A DNA stretch of 64,000 bases from contig JAQGDQ010000171.1 of the NCBI GenBank assembly GCA_030141605.1, positions 62,001-126,000 of the forward strand. Reading direction: 5' to 3'. Below are positions 12,101 through 22,500 of the stretch, piece by piece (the first letter of the stretch is position 1; every line of letters begins with the position of its first letter). A program made the translations under genes and the position numbers. Below the pieces are notes generated by a model that saw only the letters and a list, made by a program, of their open reading frames with translations, was not told the DNA's origin and searched no databases. This DNA comes from Tubiluchus corallicola. Lineage: Eukaryota > Animalia > Priapulida.

Positions 12101-14938
12101 AAAAAAACGAAAAGCAATTTTAAAATTTGGGCTGTGGCTTATTGGTAGTCGTTAACTGGCTTGCCGTCCAAATAATTATCTCTTTTAAATACCCCAAATT
12201 ATGTATCTACTGTTTTATCATTGTTTTGGCAGTTTTTTGTGACATTAGCCCGGTTGGTTTATTCACCAAAGCCACTGGATGCGGGAGCAATAAGTCATGC
12301 GTGAAACGTATAAAGTCTTTAGATTATAGTTGATGAGATTTCAAAAAATGGGTGGCAAACTGTCTCAAAACTTTGGACTGCAGTTTGTGTGTTTACTCAC
12401 ACCTTCATTGCACTTATATGCTTAATAATAATAATTGCTTGCATAATAATGGCAATCATAAAGCTTAATCTTAGCAACACTATACAACATCGGGCAAATA
12501 CTTATTTACACTTATTCATTATTTTCAGACGTTAGTATAAGTGATTGGCTTGATACATGGGCTACAATTATGAAAGGATGCGCCGCCATCAGAGATTTCC
12601 CATATTGGGTCCAAGTTCACGTCAAACTCTACTTCCAGATAATGGATAAAGACAGTAAGGCCTTATATATTATCTGCTACAACTGTTATGATGACAAAAA
12701 TTCAAACATTATAAGCAAGCAGTTCTGACTTAGACTGTCTTTAATATACTGCTGTTTTACAGTGCAGCATTGATATTTTATTTTCAGGAGATGGACAGTT
12801 AACAAAGAGTGAATTGCGCGATTATTATACCGGGTTTGTCGGAATGGACGAAGAGGTTGCCGATGAACAAGTCAGAAAAGGTTACAAAGCTATGACAGCT
12901 GTAAGTAGAAACGTCTCAGTTTCCTAATGCTTATTTCTGGAAATTTATATGTATATTCATATACGTATATACACATAAATATACGTATATATATATTATA
13001 TGTATATTATATATATATAATGTATAATATGTAATAATATACAATAAAATCACAATCCTCAGTGTTAAAAATATTTTCAATACTAAAACACTGTTAAAGA
13101 CAAATTCATCTTGTACAAAACTATAAACTATTAGTGCATAAAAATTAAAACTAAACGCAATTACATGCATAAATTACAGTAGGTTCACGACACAATACAT
13201 AGGTGCCATGCGATTAGCAAAGTACCTTACAATATGCACATAATAAATAATACGTACACAATACACAAGTACAATATATTAAGTAAAATACATGGTAAAT
13301 GTAAGATAAAATTTTCATCAACTATCACAATATACACAATACATTCGTATATAATACTTAACAAAAATTACTTGTACAGATTGCCGTTTTAATTTTCGAA
13401 TTATGAGTTGTGAATATAAGAATATTAAAGTGCGATAGTCTTCCTGAGATTCTAATATGGGAATTTTCGTTTCTGGAATCATTTTATGATGACGAACTTT
13501 CATTGGATTGTTATGAGCTTATATAAAACTGATCATGCAGACGTAGTAATTTCTTTAAATTAATTTTAATGATTTCGTCATATGTAGTGGTAACAAACTC
13601 GTGATAATGTTCCTGGTGTAGCGAGTGCTGCCATCTGCTGGTTGCCAAATGAATCATCTATGAAATTAAAATTTGGCCAATTTCTTGCAGGATGGTGATC
13701 ATCCATTGAACATGGAGAATTTTTTGATGAACTTTGCTAACTTTATTATTGGGAAAAATATATATGGGCCTGGAGAATACGTATTTGGAACTTTTGATAT
13801 TGATCGTGCTCCAGGTATTTACACTTTATTTAATTTTATTACTAATTTTCTGGTTTCGAGTTTTCTTAGTGGGAGACCAGTTTTTTTCTTTTTAACAAAA
13901 GCCTGTCTGTCGGCTTACCTACCAGTTGACGTGCATTTCTTCTTACTTACTTACCTAATTTAGTTACTCACCTAGTCAACGATTATATACAAGAAACCTT
14001 CCTATCCATGCCTAGTTATATATCTACCTTCTACGTACCTGTACATTACCTGCTTATATGCATTATGTTAAAAGAAAACCGGACGATTGTGTAGACATTA
14101 GTTCAAAATAAAGTATGCTCTGATATATTGAAAACTACAACAGCTTTTAAATCAAAGCTAGGCTAAGTAATAATTACCTCGGATAGTTAAGTTTTGTTAA
14201 ACTTTCAAACCTACACGCGGCTAAGTGAATCCACTGATAATGGCAATGGCGTCTTTTTGTCACATTCGCGTGACTGATAAATAGGTCCGGTACCGTAATA
14301 ACCATATCAGGAACTGCAGTGTTCGTCTGTGACGTCATTGTGAGCTCATTTTCGTCAACGTGTTATAGCAATCCTCGCTTACTTACGCAAACGTGTTTGA
14401 CGCACACGTTTGCATAAGTCACGTTATATCCGCCATTGCACAAACAGTGGTTAGTTTGATCATAAACGATAGCTGTGTTCGGTTGCCGTTAATTAACTTT
14501 CGAAGGTAATTATTCAAATATAAGAAGCAACTGCTAACTTTTGTAGGCAAGAAAATGTATATTTTGGACAGTAAATTAAAATGAGATTGCGTTTAATCAA
14601 TCGTCCGGTTTTCCTTTAAACTGGGTTTTGAAAATTGTCACCATTTGCATAAAAGTTTGATTTTTTTGCCTTAAATCAAACTTCTTTTTAAAATTTCTCC
14701 AGAACCATTCAAGATCTGGTATCCCGTTGAAGCACTGGACTTCAGTGACGAAGAAACGGTTACGGCAATGGGTCGGAAAAAGAGCCGATTTACGCTAAAA
14801 GCAACAGCCAATGCTGTGATCATGGTAGAAAGAATGACCAGTGGTCGATACCAAGCTAGCTTAAATGTTGAGCACAAACCCTCCACCACTCAGATTCCCC
14901 AAGTGCCTAGAAGAAAAAAACTTGTTTTGCGAAACTGA
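9112..14938 (+). CDS. Sarcoplasmic calcium-binding protein (SCP)/calexcitin-like EF-hand protein, 7 coding exons, 312 aa
   Basis: Exons 9112-9289, 9940-9992, 11770-11878, 12529-12654, 12788-12900, 13691-13814, 14703-14938. All introns are GT..AG, phases join, and the total is 939 nt ending in TGA. Motifs: [15 protein letters not shown] loops [12 protein letters not shown] and [18 protein letters not shown], and the SCP-type C-terminal core [39 protein letters not shown]. The ATG lies 1 nt after an acceptor (tttattgcag, ending 9110), implying an upstream non-coding exon. Confidence 0.88.
9325..9530 (+). mobile_element. Family B left-end fragment in SCP intron 1
   Basis: AGGAAAACAGGATGATT... 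matches 38446-38640 and the reverse complement of 40500-40662. Confidence 0.7.
10097..10453 (-). mobile_element. MITE family A, inverted copy in SCP intron 2
   Basis: Reverse-complement similarity to 5998-6366 (TAGGTAAGGTTCTA, CTTAACCTTTGACC). Confidence 0.7.
10565..10742. repeat. (GGAT)n/(AGAT)n microsatellite
   Basis: Directly visible. Confidence 0.95.
11230..11450 (+). mobile_element. Highly degraded LINE RT core fragment in SCP intron 2
   Basis: Frameshifted VP(Q)[13 protein letters not shown] and SVDDTN, corresponding to the GVPQGS.LGP.LF.IY and FADDT motifs. Confidence 0.55.
13627..13641 (-). promoter_or_regulatory. CTCF-like motif
   Basis: The reverse complement CCAGCAGATGGCAGC fits the CCASYAGRKGGCRS consensus (read by eye). 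Confidence 0.35.
14072..14615. mobile_element. Intact MITE with TTAA target duplication (Kolobok/T2-like) in the last SCP intron
   Basis: TTAA (14068-14071) AAGAAAACCGGACGATTG ... CAATCGTCCGGTTTTCCT TTAA (14616-14619): an 18-bp TIR with 1 mismatch. Confidence 0.85.
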
Positions 14939-16862
14939 ACTAAAACCATTAATGACTTTAACTCAGTATTTTTATTACCCTATAGTATCAATCAGAAACG
15001 AGTAGGCCCGTGTTACGCAGAGCAAGCCATAATCTATAATCCGTAAGTCATAAGGCGTCCTCCATCTTCCGTAAGGTTCATGTCGTAATCCACGGTATGC
15101 TCCATGCTCTGTGTAACTGGCAAGGCATTTTGCCATGATCCGTTTTTTGTCTAAGCAGTTAAAATATTAAAATAATTGTTAAAATATTACGTTTTTTATC
15201 TAAGCAGATATATTATGCTTCTAAATACTACTATACTTAATTTGCTCTCAAAGTGCTTTTTTGGTTTTTGTATATTAATACCAGATCAAAATGATTTGGT
15301 AGTTATTAATAGCAGGCTAATGCTTATGAACTTTTCATCTCATTCTTTGCGCTTAACTTAGTTACTTGCCTATAATAGAACACATAAGCTTTTACACCAA
15401 AAAAGGAATGTAATGTAAATTACGCAGATGAATACGTGATTTCTAACTTGAACCCAAAATTTTGTATATAATCTGTACTTCAACTATGTAACCTGTAATA
15501 GTCAAATCAAAACATTTGCGTTTATATTAGTAAAAGTCTATAAAATTCAATCCGTTATGTTGCATCTACATTGCTGGGGTCGGGAAAAATGTTTTCATGG
15601 AGTTTAATGCGGAAAATGTACAATTTCAAATTACACTGTATCTATTTGTTAATTTACATTATAAAATACTTGTTTGTAAAATGATTGTTAAATTTGTCGT
15701 TGTCTTCTAGTATTTGTTAATTCCGTGCGTCTAGATTTCTAATTCTGTTTTTATATTAGATGTTTATTCCATTTTGAAAATGATTTTACATAAAAGATTT
15801 ACTAGTGTATACTTGTATATATATTCTGTTTTTTTTCTGTCGAACCGCTCAACATTTCTATCATTAATTTTGTCATCGTTGTCTAAATTGAAACGTTTTA
15901 TTTTTATTAAGGCGTGTAGTTTGAAAACTTGTTATAATACAAACTTGTTAGAAATAAAAATGGGAAAAATGTAGCTTTTGCTTTACTTTTGGTATAGAAA
16001 GGGATAATAGATTAGTGCAGAAATAATCAAAACTGGCAGATCATATACAAGTCGAACATTTTATTTCGTCAGTTTTAAGTACGTTTTTTAGTTGGCTCTA
16101 TCTATCGTTCATTAGCAAAAATAATTTGCCTGTCGTAAAACGTTTACCTCTGGCATAGATTACGTTTAATATCTAGCAGTCTTTCCTCTGTAAATCGTAA
16201 AGCAGTTACCGATTGATCTGAAATGGTAAAGCAACTAATTAAGAAAACCATCAGGTTGATCTACACATTTAAATTACCTTAACAATTTAAAAATTTATTT
16301 GCACTTTTATTTAAAAGTGTGGTAGGCAGTGGAAAAGCAGGAGAACAGATCCACACACATCTGTTGATTTAAATTACGCACCACCATCTCTACTGGTTTT
16401 CGTTGGTCAGTAGTTGATGAACAAACCAAACGAATTTATACTGGCACTCCAGCTTTTTTGTGAAAAAGACAACTTTATAAAAACATTAAACGATAAAAAG
16501 ATTAAAAGCAGACAGTCGTCTTCAGTGTGAAATTTACAATCAGCAATTAACCAGTTTTTCTTAACTCATTTTGCAAAGTCAAGTTTTGCTTGATGTATCT
16601 ATTACACGTAAACCCCTGTAGTTCGGCAGTTTATTTTTTATATATTTAGAATTACAGGTAAGTGCATCAATGACTATTGAACTTACATTTACAGTTATGC
16701 ATTCTGAAGAAACTAACTTGTACGGTAACACTCGTCGTGGAAAAACGAATAAAGGAAAAAAACTGTTAATGAAAACTAAAATTGTACGACATGAAATACG
16801 AGAGACGAGATAGCTCTCCTGAGACTTGTCATCATTAACAGAGAAAAACATAATGCCCTTTG

Positions 16863-17832
16863 TAGTCCCAAAGATTATAATATTTATTCAGTAGTTTTCA
16901 CCCTAGCGGGCCTCATAAGTTGAATAGAACGTGCTGGTAACTTCATAGTCTCAAAGATTATATTTTTTCAGTAGTTTCCACCCTAGCGGGCCTCATTAGC
17001 TGAAAAGAAAGTACTGGTAACTTCAGAGTCTTCATAGTCTCAAAGATTATAATATTTTTTCAGTAGTTTTCACCCTAGCGGGCCTCATAAGTTGAATAGA
17101 ACGTGCTGGTAACTTCAGAGTCTTCATAGTCTCAAAGATTATAATATTTTTTCAGTAGTTTTCACCCTAGCGGGCCTCATAAGTTGAATAGAAAGTGCTG
17201 GTAACTTCATAGTCTTCATAGTCTCAAAGATTATAATATTTTTTCAGTAGTTTTCACCCTAGCGGGCCTCATTAGCTGAAAAGAAAGTACTGGTAACTTC
17301 AAGGTCTTCATAGCCTCAAAGATTATAATATTTATTGAGTAGTTTTCACCCTAGCGGGCATCATCAGCTGAATAGAAAGTACTGGTAACTTCAGGGTCTT
17401 CATAGTCTCAAAGATTATAATATTTTTTCAGTAGTTTTCACCCTAGCGGGCCTCATCAGCTGAATAGAAAGTACTGGTAACTTCAGGGTCTTCATAGCCT
17501 CAAAGATTATAATATTTATTCAGTAGTTTTCACCCTAGCGGGCCTCATAAGTTGAATAGAACGTGCTGGTAACTTCACAGTCTTCATAGTCTCAAAGATT
17601 ATAATATTTTTCAGTAGTTTTCACCCTAGCGGGCCTCATAAGTTGAATAGAACGTGCTGGTAACTTCACAGTCTTCATAGTCTCAAAGATTATAATATTT
17701 TTTCAGTAGTTTTCACCCTAGCGGGCCTCATAAGTTGAATAGAACGTGCTGGTAACTTCAGGGTCTTCATAGTCTCAAAGATTATAATATTTTTTCCAGT
17801 AGTTTTCGCCCTAGCGGGCCTCATCAGCTGAA
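16863..17832 (-). repeat. Tandem array of 11 units (92-bp period), each with a minimal hammerhead-ribozyme-like motif on the - strand
   Basis: CCCTAGCGGG recurs at 16901, 16981, 17073, 17165, 17257, 17349, 17441, 17533, 17624, 17716 and 17809. The reverse complement of the best unit reads TTCAG CTGATGA G GCCC GCTA GGGC GAAA AC TA CTGGA. Confidence 0.9.
17795..17832 (-). ncRNA. Type I minimal hammerhead ribozyme motif (best-preserved array unit)
   Basis: Core CUGAUGA plus one extra nt, stem II GCCC/GGGC with a GCUA loop, GAAA, a 1-bp helix III (A-AC-U), cleavage at UA, and stem I UUCAG/CUGGA. Confidence 0.65.
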
Positions 17833-19508
17833 AATAATTTAAAAGGCATTACGTTTTTTCCCTACCGTTAATAAATAAAGTATGTCTTAGCAACTCGGGT
17901 TGGAATTGAAACACGTACCTACAAAGCTTTAGCATTCCGATAATCTTGGAAAATTATGTACCACATCATATAATAAAAATTAAATTTAATTAAATTTTAT
18001 ACCTTTGTCTCTATGCATATATGACTATTGTTGTAAACTTCGGGGTGCCAGATTTCTGAATAGATTCCCAGCACCATTGAAATCCAGGCTGAATGACCCA
18101 GACAATTTACTCGAGGCCAAATGGTGTGGTCTAGAGAACTTTGTAAAGAGAAAACTTGTCAAACAGGATTTGCGGCCGGTCGTGAATTTTAAGTATTAGC
18201 TAATTGTATAATGAAAGCAATAAAGCCGGTTCCTGGACTGAACAAAATTTCGTCTAAAATTTTAATACTATTTTGATGTTTGATGCACTAAAAGTCCAGT
18301 TAATTTTATGGAGCTAACAAAATTAGGTTTCGTAACATAATATCAAAAATTATAGACGGATATCTTTATGTAAAAAAATCTTAAAATATGACACATCTTT
18401 ACTACTATTATTATTATTTCTATTATTATTATCAGCATCATCATTATCATCATCGTCACGTATCAATTAACCAATTAACATAAGCTAAAAAGTGAAAAGT
18501 TTGGAGCACAAGTGAAAAGAATCGGCTGTAATGCTTCATGATTAGAAAGACTTTTCTCAAAATTTTATTTCATTAGCATAAAAATGGCAGTGTTAAACGT
18601 CTGCCATCTTCGATAGGGTGCAGAAATGAGGTGAGAAACTTTTATAGTTATCATAAATGATGAACAGTTAGGTTTTGCGATATAATATTAACAATAGGTA
18701 CGTTTTCACAGTAAAACAGTATGAAAGCGAACTGTCGTGAGTTTCTGTATCTGGTAGATCGAACGACTCTAGAACGATAATGGTAGCTTAGTTAAGGTCA
18801 GGGTCGTTTCCACTTTTAATCAGTTTGGATAACCTCAAGACATAATAAAATGAAAACCAAGTTTAACTGTCGTAACGTCTTATACACACTAAATAAAGAT
18901 AATCGTCCTTTGTCGATTATTTAACATAAGACATGAAACCGTCCTTTGTCGAATGTTTAACAACCTTGTTAGGTAGGAGACTCTACGACTATTAAATTTG
19001 TGAAACTGTGGGAGATTTAAACAGAATGCTTAAGATTTTAGAAAAAATGCTTTTACAGAATCATTTTGATCGTAAATTATCTTTCCCGTTAAGTGAAAAA
19101 TTGCCCACTACCATTAACATAACCTACTACTATTGTAATGATAGATGTATGCAAATTCTGCATACGTTTCTTAATCCCTTTGAAAGCTCTTGAAATAATT
19201 TGATATGTTAGAATTAACTAATCGTTTATAATGTCACAGGCCATTTTTTAGGCGTGAATGAACATTTAATCAGATATTACAAATGTAACGTGGGAAGAAG
19301 GTGGTTTAGCACCTAGTGATACAGCTCCAAGGAATAATACGTCACCTCTCAAGCGTAAAACGCTTCTCCTAACGCCTAGTATGAATGTGAGCTAGGGTGT
19401 TGGCCTGCCTGCCTGAGAACATTACTCACTTGCGCTGCTTGCATCTCTGAGATACAGACGCTGTTCTTCATTCTCTGATTGTCCGACAAAACAAATTTAA
19501 AATTGAAA

Positions 19509-22500
19509 ATGTCTGACCGCGAGACCGTCGTTACAAAGCGAGTCACTCGCACTTACAACATGTCTGGTGACGATGACTTTGGAGGACTGACCACGGGCTA
19601 CACCTCCCATATTACCCCCAGGAAGACGCGCATTACCCATGCAGCTCCACCCGGGGGGAACATCAGCTACCAGTACAGCTCCAGAACCTACGGGGGCCTG
19701 CCCGGTGTTGTTGGTGACCTGGATGTGACCACCTCTCCTCACGACGTCGTCAGCCATCGAGAGCAGGAGAAGAAGGACCTGAGAGAGCTGAATGATCGTT
19801 TTGCCACCTACATCGAGCGGGTTCGATTCCTGGAGCAGCAGAACCGTAAACTCATCGAGGAGATCAATGATTATAGAAGCAAATTGGAGAAGCTGTCCAT
19901 AAACATCAAGGTACTTACTTACTTTTTACTTGCTTATAAGTACTTAGTAAGTACTTATTTACTTACTTACTTACTTACTTTACTTACTTACTTTACTCAC
20001 ATTTTAAGCAGTTTGATTATTGTTTGAAACGCTGATAGCATCATTGCTAATAGAAGGGCTAAAAAAACATTTGAGAAACTGACATTTCACTATTTGTCTT
20101 AGCTTCCTCGTATGGACAAAAATTAGAAATATCTTAAAATTTTGAATTCTTTATAAAAAGGCAACATATGTTTAATAAGCAAACAACTATGTAATCAATT
20201 TTGTTAATTTTTTTTAGAAAAATTCAACGTTTCTACTGCACTGTAGCTTCATGTATTTAAATCATTAGAAATGTGTACAGTAGAACAACAGATTTTTCTA
20301 ATAAAAATTTAACAAAATTTATTATGAAACGAAATTAAAAGAATTTTGCCGCAATTTTAAGTTTAGCTTCAGAAATGCTCGCAAAGATGGCGAAATAGAG
20401 GGTGTCAAACCTTGTTCATCTCAATACTACTGATGCCATTGAATCAAAAGTGGCCACTTCATCTAGTGTCAGTTTATGCTATATTAACAGCCGTCTGTCA
20501 CCTTGCATATCCACAAACTGCATCTGATGTTGAATACACCTGTATCGAAACCAATTCGATGGGTACTTCTTCAGGTGAAATTACTGCTATAATGTTACCA
20601 AATATGAGTAAACTTAACTAGCTAATAAGTCTGTGTTGTTGTTGTTAGGCAACCTTTGAAGCCGAATTGAAAGAAGCCAGACGACTGATTGACGACACCA
20701 CCAAGGACAAGGCAAGAGTAGAGATTCGTAATGTGAAACTTGAAGAAGAAGTCGAGGAATTTAAGAAAAAGTGAGTAATGACTTTTTTGGCATCCTACGT
20801 TTTTTCTGTTATACTTCTTTTACTGTTAATATTGGCACGTATTTGGAGATAGTGTTTTAATGTCATTACTTCGAGTGATCTTAGGACCATTAAATATTGT
20901 TGTTAACTGCACCAGCACATTTTTCTTGCCATACATTGAATGATTCACTAGTCTGGGCGTGTTACTCACGGCAAACGCCGGCTACAAACGCCCCAAGCAA
21001 TAGCCACAACCATAAAGAAAATTTAAAGGCCGTGGCGGACCTAGTGAAGATGAGTTTTGTGAAACAAATACCTTGTCTCAACGTTGAGAACATTTTTATT
21101 AGCGCAAAAATAACAGAATGTTAGATTAACGGGTACGAATCTAAAGGCAGGTGTGATTTTTTGTTTTCAATTTTAATCTTACTTGCGTATTGAGGAGTGG
21201 CCCAACACCATGTAAAGACGAGGTTATAACAATAAATGTCGCCAATGAAAGAATGGCTTTCATAAATTCCACAGGATAATGGAGCTGTACACACGGAAAA
21301 TCTGCCCAGGGCGCTGGCCCGAAATCCAGTTTCTGTTTGCGTTCACAACTGACTAAATAGAACTTACCCAGGGAACTTAAACTTTCGACAAGAACTTCTC
21401 TATTTCAATGTAGTAAGGTAGACACTAAAATTCTACCCTCTGCGTCTCATAATAGCGTATATATTATGATAATATTATAAAAACGGTTTCCTTATCCAAT
21501 ATATATCAGATCATAGGCCTACGCTGAATGTGGGTGCATGGTCTGATATATATGTATATATGTATATATGCTTCAGTAAAGCAACACCAGATTAGCAAAT
21601 GCATGGGTGAATGCCCGAATCATTTGTTTATTTTGATTTTAACCGAGACAGCATGGGAAATGCAGCCTCCCCCCTCCCAAAGAAATTTATTGAATTTATC
21701 GTTGTACATCACATTATGTTTTACTTATGGTTGTATTTATTACGCTTAATTATGAAAAAGGTAAATTGATGTACATAAATTACAGTAACTATATGTACTG
21801 CAAGTATGATATCGTTCACAAATGCTTTCGAGCAAATTTAGTGGCTTTGCTATCCGAACGGAGTTATTAATGTAATTTTTCCAATTAGATGTAAATGTAC
21901 AAGATAAAATTTCCTGCGCAAGCCTTATTACCAAACGATTTGAAATATGAAATCTTTCGAATGTGCTATGCTCTTAGAAACCTCCTTTGGCATTTCCAAA
22001 ACTAGAAAACAAAGTCAATGTAAAACACGTAGCATTTTCAAAGACTCCTTGAAAATATTAAAAAATTGCTTTGATGGCAGGGCTTGAAAAGTTATCAAGT
22101 GATTCATGGACAATCATTTGTAATATAAAATGCCGTTCCAAACTACTCTTCTCATAGACTTTCCACTCCAGAAGAAACACAAAAAAATTAAAACATTTCC
22201 GCGCCCTATAAACAATTTTTTTAAACATTTGTCTTAAGCATTTAGAAAACATTTTGCTAACAGGGTCCAATGAAATGAGTTTATCCAAGTTAAAGTATAA
22301 TCAGGGAACATTTTGCAGATTCAATTGAAAGTTACACAGTCACAACCAATTCCAGTCATGTGATTTAATCATGTGATTTAAAGAAACAAAAATATTCTAC
22401 TTTTGCCCCCTCGGACAACAGTGAAAAATTGTTGAAAAGGTGCCAATTTTGAAAAATGTACTGAAGGGGAGGGGAGCATTTGCTGCCCTTGTTCCCTGAA

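Noticed and set aside
16863-17832. CRISPR array interpretation of the regular repeat
   Set aside because: The units are near-identical along their whole length with no unique spacers, there are no cas genes, and the context is eukaryotic.
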